Shown one piece after another: positions 14,075-26,869 of a stretch of 64,000 nucleotides of DNA. How positions within the stretch are numbered: the stretch's first letter is position 1; every line of letters begins with the position of its first letter. The notes below the pieces were generated by a model that saw nothing but the letters and a program-made list of their open reading frames with translations, was not told the DNA's origin and did not search any database. Location: the NCBI RefSeq assembly GCF_004010195.1, contig NC_057745.1:17747145-17811144 (forward strand), read 5' to 3'. Source of the stretch: Chiloscyllium plagiosum. Taxonomy: Eukaryota. The position numbers and the translations under genes are program-made.

Positions 14075-14286
14075 GTAAAAGTAAGTTGCCATTGTTCCAC
14101 TGTCTCAGTAGAGAGAAATTAACTGATGATGGTTTAACCTGCAGGTCACCACACTTCAGGTGAGGGCAGAGATTGAGAAAGAAAGTCCTTCATGGTAACC
14201 TGAGCCAGTGCAGGAAATTGAACCCATGCTGATTGTATACTATGTATTATAAACCAACTGCCCAGCCAACTGAGCTATCCGACTCC
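14075..14286 (-). mobile_element. tRNA-derived SINE
   Basis: Minus-strand A box TAGCTCAGTTGG and B box GGTTCAATTTCC; similar heads at ~20245 and ~56880 (+). Confidence 0.7.
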
Positions 14287-14777
14287 AGTGGAGAGGATAT
14301 ATTGAGAGGTTAGGCCTTGATTTTCCACAGTGCTATTACAGGATCAGTGTTCTTGGCCTGGTGGATCTTTTGAAGTGAAGGTCCCCTTGGATATGAGGCC
14401 CCCTCCCACATTAAATTTGGAGGCTGGGGCATATAATTGGATGGGGCTCCATGACCTCCATCTGATCGAGTCTGGAGCAGGCAGGCTTGTGGATAGCCTC
14501 TCTGGCAAGATGCTAATTGAGGCCAAATGTGGGTAATTTATGCCAGGTTAAGGTCCTCATGTTGCTGCAGCTGAGATTGAGTGGCAGGCAGAGGTGTTAC
14601 CACTTAGCATGACTTTAAATTCTGCCATTCTTTCTAGATCTTCGTTTCCTTTAATCCACAGTGTTTACGCCCACACTCATTTGTTGGTGACTGGGCGCCA
14701 TGAGGATAGTTGATGTGGATTTGTGTGTTTGGTATCTCTGTACTTCCGTTAACATTGCCTCTTTCCCCATCATCTAG

Positions 14778-14873
<96 letters not shown>

Positions 14874-16415
14874 TAATCCAATTTGTATATATACTCTTTT
14901 TGCAGCTGAGTAAAACATAATGGGAGGAATTTCTCCCTTTCTTGATTTATAACCAACCAAATCATAAAAGTTATTTATTGGGTGATTTTTCTAGCAGCCT
15001 TTCCCTTTTATATGTCTCATTGTCTTTAGACATAATCAAGCACTTAGCAGCTACAAAAAAGCTTGGTTTCTTAACAATCAGGTTTATTGCAGTAAATAAT
15101 TGCTGCATTTTGTGGGGAATGAGTTTGTTCGTTGCATTATGCAAGAAATCAATGGTAATGCATATTCAATTAAAATGCTTGCACCTTGGAGCTTTCCTGG
15201 TTACTTTGTTCCCATTCTTGGTGCAAATCAGCTATTTTGGTCCTTTTATATTTTTCCTTTTCATTGGCTATGACTAATTATTCAAAGCATTAATTGTTCC
15301 CACAGTGCAGTTGAAGAGAACACTTCCCAAGTTTTCACTCTGCTTGAATCAGGTTCCTTTGACTCCGGAGCTATCCTGGAGATCTGTTCTGTCAGCATTT
15401 ATGCTTCAACATCTGATTTTTTTATCACCACGGCAACATTTTGACTCAGTGTGATGAGTGTGCATATCTGCACTCATACATTCAAATTGCTAAAGGTTCA
15501 GCTATTGATGGGTGAGGCATATTCAATTCCAAACCAAGATTTCCTTTTGACCTCGTTTTACAAAATCAATTGTCAATAACACAACATATGCTGTGCCCTA
15601 TTCTGTCCAGCTATGAAAAGTGGCACTGTGTGAGCCTGGAGAAATTGTGTGCTTGTTAATTATAATGACAATGTGTGTATTGTTCTGAAGTTTCAGGGAA
15701 GCTGTTCTATTGTAAGGTTTCCTTGAAATAGGAGCCACCAACTTTTATCCCTGTGGGATTTGCTCTTAAACACATTGAATTGCATGCAAGTCCACGTGAA
15801 ATCAGTGCATCTGTATTCTGTATATGTTGTTTGTGTTACCAAGAAAGTGTGCCAAACAATAGTGTAACCAAATAACCTGTAAAAGTTCCATAATGTCACA
15901 GGCAGACAAGGTAGTGAAGGTGGTATTTGGTACCCTTGCCTTTATTGGTCAATACATTGAGTATAATTGAGTGTAGGAGTTGGGCTGTCATGTTTTGGAA
16001 TATTGCTTTCAATTCTGGCCTCCCTGCTATATGAAAGATGTTGGGAAACTTGAAAGGGTGCAGAAAAGGTTTAACTACGATGTTGCCATGGTTGGAGGGT
16101 TTGAGCCATCGGGAGAAGTGAATAGGCTGGGGCTATTTTCCCTGGAATAGTGGAGGCTGAGGGATGACCTTATAGAGGTTTATAAAATCATGAGGGGCAT
16201 GAACAGGGTGAATAGCCACTGTTGTTTTCTCATGATAGGGGAGTCCAAAGGCAGAGGGCATAGGTTTAAGGTGAGAGGGGAAATATATAAAAGGAACTTA
16301 AGGAGCAACGTTTGCACACAGAAGGTGGTGCGTGTATGGAATGAACTGCCAGTGGAAGTGGTGAAGGCTAGTACAATTACAGCATTCAAAAGGTATCTGG
16401 TTGGGTTACATGAAT

Positions 16416-16545
16416 TTTCCTAAAGAAGGGCTTATGCCAGAAACGTCGATTCTCCTGCTCCTCGGATGCTGCCTGAACTGCTGTGTTTTTCCAGCACCAC
16501 ATTTTTCAACTCTGGTCTCCAGCATCTGCAGTCATCACTTTCTCC
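16416..16545 (+). mobile_element. Penelope pLTR fragment with hammerhead motif (variant A, G5 mutated)
   Basis: TSD ttacatga at 16406-16413 and 16546-16553; CTAAAGA-A-GGGC-ttat-GCCA-GAAACGTC. Confidence 0.82.
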
Positions 16546-16612
16546 TTACATGAGTAGGAAGGGTTTAGAGGGATATGAGCCAAATGCTGGCAGATAGAAC
16601 TGGATTGATTTA

Positions 16613-16707
16613 TCCACAACCACCTGATGAAGGAGCAGCGCTCCAAAAGCTAGTGCTTCCAAATAAAGCTGTTGGACTATAACCTGGTGTGTGTGATTTT
16701 TAACTTT
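16613..16707 (+). mobile_element. Penelope-type pLTR fragment with hammerhead motif (variant B, G12 mutated)
   Basis: cac-CTGATGA-A-GGAGC-agc-GCTCC-AAAAGCTA-gtg; same family as 47633-47998. Confidence 0.8.
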
Positions 16708-17224
16708 AGAATATCTGGTCGGCATGGACCAAGGGATCTGTTTCTGTTTTTTACAACCCTATTTCTCTAATTTTGGCTAGAGATGGATGGGAAGTTGTGT
16801 AATCATGATGACTTCATTAATGGTGTCTTTGAGTAATAGGTCAAAATAACTTATGAGCTGAGTCATGTGTTTTGTGGCTATGATTTGCATGGAGGCTTTC
16901 TGAGGCTTAGCAGGTTTTCCTGCTGCAACTTACCAAACCCACCTCAGTGAATGCATATCCTGCCCCTACAGCATCAATCTTATCCGATTCTAGTCCCATT
17001 CTTCTGTTTGCCTTGACTCTGACTGCAATGAGCAGCTGACTGACTATGTTCAAGCCCCTGGACTGGGATCAGAGGCTGCCCTTAACTCATTGTGCCAAGA
17101 CTCCCTGAGCGAAGGCTATCTCCCTTGATTAGACTAAGGACTACTGACAGCCATGACAAGTTTCCTGGCTTTGTGCCTACATTAAATAACATGGAAGTAC
17201 AGCAGTACTGTGAGTCTGGTTAGG

Positions 17225-17545
17225 AGGCACATTGGCACAGTAGCTCAGTGCTTAGTACTGCTGCCTCGCAGCATAAGAGACCCAGGTTCGATTCCAGCCT
17301 CAGGCGACTGTGTGAGGTTTGCACATTCTCGCTGTCTCAATGTGGGTTTCCTCTGGGTGCTCCAGTTTCCTCCCACATACCAAAGATATGCAGGTCAGAT
17401 GGATTGGTTATGTTATTGGTTGCCCATAATATCCTGGGATGTTCAAGCTAAGTGGATTAGTCATGGTAAATACAGGGGTACAGGGACAGGGATGGGTCTG
17501 GGTGGGATGCTCTTCAGAGGGGCAGTTTGGACTCATTGGGCTAGA
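17225..17545 (+). mobile_element. HE1-type V-SINE
   Basis: A box tagctcagtg, B box ggttcgattcc, V-domain. Confidence 0.85.
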
Positions 17546-18769
17546 CTGTCGGTATTCAATGGAGAAGGCAAGGCAAGAATGCTGTGATCATTAGGGTAGG
17601 CTGAAAATGAGTGAGTGCTAAGAGAGCAAGCAAACAGCTCAGTGATGCAGCCTGGTCCAGTTCATGAGCTGGATGTGTCCCTGAGTCTAAACTGCAGCCC
17701 GAGGTGCAGCTTTGAGGTACAGAGTAAGTAGATTGGAGATGTACCATGAGGGGTCTTAGAACCTTGCACATGCAGATGTAAGATCCGCAGTCAATAAACC
17801 ATTAACAAGCAATAATTCCCCTTAATGGGCAACTTATAATTGCAGGTGGCAATATAACTTTGATGGCCAGAACTCAGTTAAAAGATGCAGTGAGTTGTTC
17901 TCACATTGAAATGGACCTTGTTGGACTTCTTGTATGCTTCTGCCAAATTTTTTGCCATAGCCCACATCATTCCGGCCCTTGAAGATTCCACCTGAAACTT
18001 TTATTTAATCCTTTTGCAAATCAGAGTTTTGTTGATGCTCCCTTTGCCTCCCCTTTCATACTTCAATAAAAAGAAAGATTGCTGCAGCATTCATTAAATG
18101 CTTTTGAGAACATCACATCAGCTTCTTTCTTCAACGATAACAGCATGCAGTAATCTTATGAATAGTCATTGACCTGAAGTATTGGAATAGATTTTCAAAG
18201 TGGCGTGGACACCTGGATGAATTCTAGGCCCTGACCCAGCACCAAGGTACATCACTCTTCCAAGACAATTTTCAGATGCAAATGGTATAATTTGGGCTTG
18301 GTGCCAAATTACTGGGAGTGAGCAACTCCAGCGGCAGCAATATTGGAGGCTGCTACTGCATCACCAATTGGAGGCAAAAACCCAGGAGGTCAGACATGGT
18401 GGACAGTAGCCATGGCAGATGTGTTAGAAGCAGTGCTTGTGCTGGCACTAGTTGGTCCCTATACATTTGAATAATCCTCAACTCTGAAGAGACTTACTTG
18501 GTCCCCATGGGGGAACCCAACAGCTGTGCTTGAGCAGACTGTTCTGACCTAGCCAACAAAAACATTGAGAATTACAGAGGCTGCTCAACACGCTCAAGAG
18601 CAGTTAATTGATGACGATCACAAAAGATCAAAGAAGCCTCAAAAAATACCCGCAATCCCTTTAAAAATTGAAAAATGTCTTGGAAGCTTTGAAATCTCAA
18701 GGAGAAACTCTGAGAACATATTCCACCCCTATTCCCTAGTCCTTTCATAATCCGCCTATTATCTGGCTT

Positions 18770-18865
18770 TTCTCTTCACTGATGCTATCTGGTCTGCCGA
18801 GTATTTCTAGCATTTTCTAGTTTTATTTCAGATTTCCAGTGTCTGCAGTATTTCAGTTTAGTTTT
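18770..18865 (+). mobile_element. Old Penelope pLTR 3' fragment
   Basis: ctgatgct...ctgccgagtatttctagcatttt...cagatttccagtgtctgcagtattt; similar remnant at 8695-8785. Confidence 0.6.
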
Positions 18866-19099
18866 GATCCCAGTTTTTGGACTTTTGTTTGCTGTGGTGC
18901 CTATGGATGTTTTTCTAAGAGGCCCTAATGAGGTAGTAATGGACACCAAGGCAGAAAAGGAGACATTGAAAGGGATGGGGATGGGGCAGAGCCGAGTGAA
19001 AGGGAACCACATAGTATCAACCAGCATGAGGGTGAGGAAGAGAAGTTGGAAATCAGTAATGCAATTGTACATCAGGTTAGGGTGTATATCATGGCAATT

Positions 19100-19362
19100 C
19101 ATAGAAACTACAGTGCAGAAAGAGGCTAAACAGCTCACCGAGTCTGCACCGACCCACCGAAGAGCATCCTGTCTCTGTAACACTGCATTTTCCATGGCCT
19201 GCACATCCCTGGATACTACAGGGCAATTTAGCATGGCCAATCCACCTAACCTGCACATATTTGGACTGTGAGAGGAAACCAGAGCACCCAGAGGAAACCC
19301 ATGCAGGCCCAGGGACAACATGAAAACTCCATGCAGACAGTCACCCAAGTCTGGAATTGAAC
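19100..19362 (-). mobile_element. HE1-type V-SINE (head truncated)
   Basis: gggcaatttagcatggccaatccacctaacctgcac...gaggaaaccc. Confidence 0.82.
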
Positions 19363-20791
19363 CGTGAAATTGTTTTGCTCAATTAAAAATGTGATTGATC
19401 CCACCATGATGACAGTGCAATTGTGTCTGTAGGTGTCGGATTTCAGTCTTCAATCAGATGCCACATTGTTGATTGACCCAACTGAATAGACTTGGTTGCG
19501 ACTTTGAAGCTATTTGCTTCTTCCTTCTGACCTTTAAGTAATAGCATTCTGTACTTATCATTTAAGTAATATTTCCAAATATTTGCAATTTGTTTCAGCA
19601 TTGAAATTAGCTACGCACAATTAAGTTTCTGTAATGCAATTCATTCTTTTTTGTAAAGTCTTAGTAAGTTGATTACCATTTTATAATGGTCCTCCTAGTT
19701 TCTGCAGATCCCATAGAAGGTGCAAGCATGATTTTTGTTTTGTGTGTAAAATTCATAACAAAATGAATGAAATGGAAGCCATTTAGCAGGGTTCTGATTT
19801 CTACAGTAGGAAAGTTTTTTTGGGTGTATTGACAGAGGAAAGGGTGAGAACAGGAAGTCATGCACTGAAGATCAGGATGTGATTAATGGTGTTCAGTCAT
19901 CTCATTCAGGAACTCTTAGTATGCATGAATTTGGAGAAATTTACAGGGAAGGAATTTTTTTAAATGGTTTTGTTTTTATGAGAAATTTAAAGTGAAACAT
20001 GAGAAAAAAGTCACACCCAGCATTCTGAAGACTTACCAAAATCATTAGATACCAACAGAAGAGTTGATAATGTAAAGCATACAACTTACAAACTTGCTGC
20101 AAACAGGAATTGCATGCATCTAATCACAGCTGTCCTGTTTGAGGTTACTAAGCGATCAAAGAGCTTGGGTTAATACAGGGCTTTATCGTGTTAGTGCGCA
20201 GCAAATTATTTTTTAGGGGAATACCTCAACATGCAAACAGGAAGCTGGTTAGCTCAGTTAGCTACATAGCTAAAGTGTCTTTTAGGATTGTGGCAACAAT
20301 ATAGGTTCGGTTCCAGTACTGGCTGTGGTAGACCTTTTACATCCTGCCCAAGGAAGGGGAAGGCATTAACAAACCACCATCGACAAAAACTACCAAGGAA
20401 AATGGTTCAGGATAAAGCATCAGCAGACAGTGAGCTAACGACCCACCTTTAGGTCAGAAGCTCAAGTACACACAATTCAAAGGTCCATTTTAAGGCACTA
20501 ACATGGCCCATCTGCATAACACCAGGGATGTCAGTAGAATGAAGTGAAAAAATCCATATCGAAAGGTAATAAGCTAGATCATTTCTGGGCTTTTGTTCCT
20601 ACAGTTACTTATACTAATAAGGAAGGGTGTAGTTAATCGTGTGATAGCTCAGTAGCAGCACCTTCCTTCCCACTCAACACCTATTAATGCTACCTTATGA
20701 ATTGGCTGACTGGTGGCCTTCCCCTCAAGTGAATTATCTCTGATCAGGTGACCTCATCATCAAAAAGAATGCACAGTTTACTGTACTGGCA

Positions 20792-20965
20792 GGGAGAAAG
20801 TGAGGACTGCAGATGCTGGAGATCAGAATCGAGAGTGTGGTGCTGGAAAAGCACAGCAAAGCAGGAGAATCGATGTTTCGGGCATAAGCCCTTCATTAGA
20901 AACCAGGGCTTATGCCCGAAACATCAATTCTCCTGGTCCTCGGATGCTGCCTGACCTGTTGTGCT
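20792..20965. mobile_element. Fold-back Penelope pLTR insert
   Basis: TSD tttactgYactggca at 20777-20791 and 20966-20980; two opposed, decayed hammerhead stem-II/GAAAC motifs. Confidence 0.85.
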
Positions 20966-21184
20966 TTTACTGCACTGGCATATTGTATTGGTGTCTATCT
21001 CTCTTCCCTGCCCTAATCTTGGTGTGTCAAATGGCATGTGGCCATGGTACACAAACTCGACATTTCATTTCTCTTTGGAGCCAGCCTGCACAGTCTGTCT
21101 GACAGCAGTCCCAGGCTTCACAATGGTCATCAAGAATAATCAGCGATTGTTTCTGCAGTAGAACAACTGATGGATTCTGTTGCA

Positions 21185-21282
21185 AGCACAGAGAATGTTG
21201 GAAAACTCAGCAGATCTGGCAGCATCCATGGAGACAGAAACAGAGTTAACATTTTGAGACTGGTACGACTCTTCTTCAGAAT
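21185..21282 (-). mobile_element. Penelope pLTR fragment (hammerhead variant C, decayed)
   Basis: Reverse complement reads aatt-CTGAAGA-A-GAGTC...CTC-AAAATGTT-aact. Confidence 0.7.
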
Positions 21283-21376
21283 TGGATTCTGTTGTTCAAA
21301 ACAGACCGAGACCAGCACCGAGACAGCAGTTGTACAAACACAAAGATTGATCTTTCTTCCAATTTTTTCTCCTCAG

Positions 21377-21464
21377 TGGTGAAAGTGGGGCTGGAAAGAC
21401 AGTGGCTGCAAAATACATCATGAGTTATGTCTCCAGAGTCTCTGGTGGTGGGCCCAAAGTACAG
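21377..21464 (+). CDS. MYO1E: MYO1E exon (~exon 5), P-loop [29 protein letters not shown]
   Basis: cag|T GGT...CAG|gtaaag, 88 nt, phase 2/0. Confidence 0.96.
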
Positions 21465-22081
21465 GTAAAGCGACATCATTTTACAGCAAGATCTACATTA
21501 TATCATATTTTCTTTTAATTTTTTTTATGCCAATATGCCTCTGCCTTGAAGTTTGCATTTTCACAGAAATTTGAGTTCATGTAGATTTCCTTCTGCATCA
21601 TTAAAACAACTTTATCTAGAGGCTAGAAAATGGTAACTTTACAGAATTGCTAAGGCACTGAAGGGGGCTATTCATCTCATCATGTCCTCACTGTCTCTTC
21701 AATGAGCATTTATGACCATCCCATTGCCATTTCTCTGTACCCTTGCATATTGTTTCCAATTAAATAACCTTCTAATGCCATCTAGAAGTTCACAATGTTT
21801 GAATCCATCAAAGACTTTGTCGATTATGAATGCTGTGATTGGTAATTCCAAAATGTTCAAGAAGATGAGTTCTTGAGTACTGTCTCTCAAGACTGCTCAG
21901 CTGCCTGGCTGGGTTGTGTAGTTCCTACACCTCCTGTGATATTGAAAATATAAAGTTCATTTCAAGATAAAGAAATAGTACTTCAGACAGAATTTTTTGT
22001 GTGCAGTGAAATATTCTGTTATTGACCAGTGCAGCAGATTTTCATATAACCCGAATGCAGTAATTTATCATTCCTTTTTAA

Positions 22082-22225
<144 letters not shown>

Positions 22226-22764
22226 TGACTGTTAATATCCTGTGGGTTTGGCTGGGAAACTCTGATGGAAAGTCTTCATCTCCAGTAATGTTTGGTGGTT
22301 ATTTCTGGTTTGATCCTTTTCCTCCAAGTGCTAAATTTCCTTTATAGAGCAAATAAGCATGGTTCTCATTATACTTCATCTCCCAAACATTACTCACTGT
22401 GAATTCTTGGCCAAACCAATTTTTCTGTCTACAATGCAGTCTGTTTCTGTGGCCTTTACCCTCTAACCAAGTGAACTTTACCTAATGGCTAGCAGCATTT
22501 TTATTCCAAGATGTATTTGACTATGTTTCCAAAACAGAAGTAAGGTTAGAAATAACTATTAATATCATATAATAATGTTGTTGATCACAATTTCTAGCAA
22601 GCAAAACATCATTTTAAATCATAGCATGCACTGATAATAAGTTATTTATTTTTATAATTCTGATATTTTCCTCTGAATAGGAAAAAAAAATTGCCTCTTT
22701 TGTTCTCTAAGAGTATTGGAAACTAATGTGATGTTTGAAAATTAACTATGCTTCAATTAAACAT

Positions 22765-23370
22765 TGAGTCATAGGGGTTTACAGCAAGGGAGTGGGACTT
22801 CGCCCCAACTTGTCCATGCCGCCCAAGTAAATTTCACAAGTAAATTAGTCCCATTTGTTTGCATTTGGCCGATATCCCTTCATACTTATCCCATCCATGT
22901 AGCTATCTAAATGTTTCTTAAATGACAAAATTATACTTGCCTCCACCACCACCTTTGGCAGCCCATTACAGACAATCACCACCCTGTATGTGAAAATATT
23001 GCCCATCCAGACCCTTTTGTATTTCTCTCTCCCCTTAAACCTCTGCTCTCTAGTTTCAATTTATCCTCATGGTAGGGGAGTCTATCTACCTTACCTATGC
23101 CTCTTATGATTTTATAAACCTCTATAAGGTCACCCCTTAGTCTCCTACACTCCAGGGAAAGAAGTCCCAGCCTATCCAACCTCTCCTATCCAACAACTCA
23201 AACCTTCCAGTCCAGGTAGCATCCTAGTAAATCTTTTCTGCGCTCTTTCAAGTTTAATAATATCCTTTCTATGGTAGGGCGACCAGACCTGCATGCAGTA
23301 CTCCAAATGGCTTCACCAATGTCTTGTAAAGCTGCACCAAGATGTCCCAACTCCCTGTACTCAATGCTGT
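22765..23370 (-). mobile_element. CR1 LINE 3' fragment
   Basis: DRLGLLSLECRRLRGDLIEVYKII on the minus strand. Confidence 0.9.
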
Positions 23371-23490
23371 GACATGCTGCAGTCACTTAAAAAATGGGAG
23401 AAAGTGAGGACTGCAGATGCTGGAGATCAGAGCTGAAAAATATGTTGCTGGAAAAGCGCAACAGGTCAAGCAGCATCCAAGAAGCAGGAG

Positions 23491-23526
23491 AATCGACGTT
23501 TCGGGTATAAGCCCTTCTTCAGGAAT
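23491..23526 (-). ncRNA. Minimal hammerhead motif (core intact)
   Basis: Reverse complement attc-CTGAAGA-A-GGGC-ttat-ACCC-GAA-ACGT-C-gatt. Confidence 0.6.
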
Positions 23527-23541
23527 GAGGAAGGTGTCCTC

Positions 23542-23577
23542 ATTCCTGAAGAAGGGCTTAGGCTCGAAACGTCGATT
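23542..23577 (+). ncRNA. Minimal type I hammerhead ribozyme motif (core intact, sense to MYO1E)
   Basis: attc-CTGAAGA-A-GGGC-ttag-GCTC-GAA-ACGT-C-gatt; predicted cut after C23573; helix I weak. Confidence 0.65.
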
Positions 23578-25097
23578 CTCCTGCTCCTTGGATGCTGCCT
23601 GACCTGCTGCGCTTTTCCAGCAACACATTTTTCATTTTAAAAATGGTTGCGACTGTACAGTCTCTGCTTTTGACCATCAGCATTGAAGCTATATCAATTC
23701 TAGGTGGTGTTTGTATTTTCTGTGCATTTTCTTACCAATGCTGTGATAGTAGGGCTAATCCCACATGTAATAATGCAACACAAATCAACTTTGAGGTAAT
23801 CAAAATAAAATGAAAATGATACAACTCCAATCCTGTCAGGATGTCTACCTAACTTTGTTTACATCAGTACCTAATAATTATCCAATTCGAATGCTGAGTC
23901 TTATTCAAATGAAAGTTCCCAGTTGTTAGCTAAGCAATGTCTTCTGAGCAGATCTTTTCTATGGCTGAGAGAAGTTGTATTCATATAAATAAATAACCTC
24001 CTGGCCCTTGCTGAAGGTTTGAAGGTATATGCTATACAAACACGGGTAGGTGAGGAGGGGATAACTGCTTCTGGACTTGAACCTGATGAGCAAGAGAAGT
24101 CACCAGGCTTGTGCTTACCAGCTGGATTTAGTTGCTTTCCTCCTGAGTAGCCCCTTCTTCCCACAAGCCTGGGTGTGTGGAATCACCTCAACTATTGCAT
24201 CAACTAATGCAAGTGAATAGCACAGCTCAAAAACTCGAAACTGGGACATTTCATGTCTGTACAACAGCGGTTTACTCATTTATATTAAGCAATCGGAAGG
24301 GTTGAAACAAGTACTGCCTCAAATTACACATTAGGTTTGTTTTTTTCTCTGTTTTGCTTTTGAGGGAGCATATAAAATCATCTTTCAGCAACATCTGCCG
24401 AACTCACTTCTTAACAAGTATTGTAGTAAAAAAGAAATTTTACCAGTTTTTTTAGACTCTTTTTAGAAGTGACTCTCAGTAGCCTTTTGCAGAAAAGAGC
24501 AGACTGTAGTGTCATTCTCATTATCATCTTGTGCTGTCTTCCCTGAACTGGAATCTGATCCATGTCTGAGGTGGGGATGATTGGTTCCTCTCTGATGAAC
24601 ATTGGTGAACCAGTTGGGTTTATGCAACTGTTGTCAACATTCATCTTAGCTTCTCTGGTATTAGCCCACAAATTACTGATCTATTCAATTCAGGTTTCAC
24701 AACTAGTAGGAACGGTTATGAAGCTGGATTAACAACTCGGAATTTAATGTGAAACTCTGATTCCACACTTGTGGTTGACCACTTGGTGCCTTTAGGGCAA
24801 CAGGGATGGGTTAAGAAATGTTGCCTCACTTGCATCGCCCACATCCACAGGACCAAGTAAAAAATTAAACAAAAGGTACAGGATAAGCGAGCACAAAGAG
24901 CCTGCAGTTTAGCAATTGTATTCCATCACAAGTTGAGAGGCTATGCTAGGAATGAAATAAAAAGGCATTGAGCAGAGATACTCTTGCATTCAGCAGCCTT
25001 TGTGTTATAACCTGCATCTTGTTCCATATTGGTTTCAGCTAGCTCTCCAATACCTAGTTAAAATAAACTGTTTATTGTACAAAACAATGATAGCACT

Positions 25098-25418
25098 AGC
25101 ATGATGGCTCAGTGGTTAGCATTGTTGCCTCACAGCACCAGGTCTCCGGGTTCAATCCTAGCCTCAGGCAACTGTCTGTGTGGAGTTTGCACATTCTCCC
25201 TGTGTCCATGTGGGTTTCCTCTGGGTGTTCTGGTGTCCACCCATAGTCCAAAGATGTGCAGATCAGGTGGATTGGTCATGCTTAAAAAGTGCCCATAATG
25301 TTCAGGGGAAATGTAGAGTAATAGGATAGGAGAATGAGTCTGGCTGGGATACTCTTCAGTGGGTCGGTGTGGACTTGTTGGGCTGAATGGCCCGTTTTTT
25401 GCATTATAGGGATTCTAT
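25098..25418 (+). mobile_element. HE1-type V-SINE
   Basis: A box tggctcagtgg, B box ggttcaatcc, V-domain, CR1-like tail. Confidence 0.9.
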
Positions 25419-26544
25419 AAAAAAAAGATACAGAATATTTTAAAAAGGGATAAAGTTGAATCGCAAATGAGGTTTTTAGCAGACCTCTCTACATGTTTAA
25501 CTGATTGAATGTAGAGAAAAAAGAATGTTAAGTAAACAGTCAAAGGTCGGGTGCATACTGAACATGTTTTCAGCAACTTAGAATCCTATACAATGAATTG
25601 GAAAATAGTAGGTTTTCTGGTGTTATCGGAGACCTCACCCAGCTTTTTAAAGATCAGAAGCTGAATCTAGAAAATTAAAAATAATATGTTTCAGTGTGTA
25701 GGTGATTGATGACTCTGTTATAGGACCTCTATAATTTCATTACACAGTGCTATGCCTTTAATTATTAGAAGCCTAAGTAAAAAGAAGGAAAATGACAACC
25801 AAAATAGTGGAATGAAATGTAGGAATAGAAAATGTTTTAAAATACGAGATTGATTGAAAAAGTGCAAATTGTGCACTTGGAGAAAAGTAATCAACTCAAT
25901 TTTTAAGTTCTCTATAGGAAGAAGAGGTGTAATGTCTGCCTGTAAAAAGATTGCTTGTAATAAAACAATCTGGAGGTTATATATTCACTTTTGCAAGTTT
26001 TACTTGCCATAATGTTGATAATGCAGTAACTGAACCATTTTGAACTTTGGATTTTCAAAAGGTTCCGAAGGTGATATTACGCTGACTTTTACAATTATAA
26101 ATTAACGTAACATTGTGGGAAGAAGTTAACAATGATACACTTTGTAAGTTCTGAGGAAGTTCCAATGGGGAACAAGAATCTCAATGTTCATTTAGTGTAG
26201 AAGGTTATTTCGTTCTGAAGATCCTCCATATCCTGTTTCTCCAATTTCTCTGAGGTATGGAGATGCTGAGGCAAGTTGATAGTATGTGGTCCTTGCTTCT
26301 CCATATGGATGGACAATAATTCCAGGTCACTTTTGTACTTATTCTTATAGCCAGATTTAGAGCAACTCAGAGCAGTTCTTCACTGAGATCATTTTTATTC
26401 TTAATATGGGCTGATGCTGATGGGACCCACAAGTTGCTTTTTCATCTTGTATGACTTCCCACTTTAGAGGATAGTTTGTTTCGAGTCAGAAGAGCTGGTG
26501 AGATTACAGATCGGAGCTGGATCACGAAGCTCTTGCTTTATTCC

Positions 26545-26610
26545 TGATGATCCAATCTGCTGCCCCATCATTCCCTATGATGACTCAATCTGCTGCCCCA
26601 TCATTCCCTA
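26545..26610. repeat. 33-bp tandem duplication
   Basis: tgatgaNNcaatctgctgccccatcattcccta x2. Confidence 0.9.
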
Positions 26611-26869
26611 TGTGAATCCAGCAATGTATTAATAGCTTTTACCACTCCCAAGTTGCCTTTTTAATGCCAACAGCAAACTCAACTTTCTAATTTTTCCAGC
26701 AATCTGTTTCACATCTGATCCAATGCCCTAAGGGAAATTTAAAAATATTCTCATTTTTAATCTAGCCCAAATAAGTTATACTGCTAACATCTGTGCTCAC
26801 TGTTGAAAATAAAATTTATGCTGACCTCAACCTCATCTATACATTTTCATCATTCTAAACATTTTGTTG

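Larger units (their letters stand above)
15895..16770 (+). mobile_element. CR1 LINE 3' fragment carrying two Penelope pLTR inserts
   Basis: RGHRFKVRGE...VVRVWNELP; tail interrupted at 16416 and 16613. Confidence 0.9.
23398..23636. mobile_element. Palindromic Penelope pLTR insert with two opposed hammerheads
   Basis: ~100-bp arms around a 5-nt loop (aggtg 23532-23536); TSD-like ttaaaaatgg on both sides. Confidence 0.88.

Noticed and set aside
18785-19348. 187-aa minus-strand ORF
   Set aside because: Chance frame running through an HE1 SINE, a CR1 scrap and a pLTR remnant.
26544-26612. CTGATGA as another hammerhead or a C/D snoRNA box
   Set aside because: No stem II, GAAA or terminal stem/D box; it is part of a 33-bp tandem duplication.
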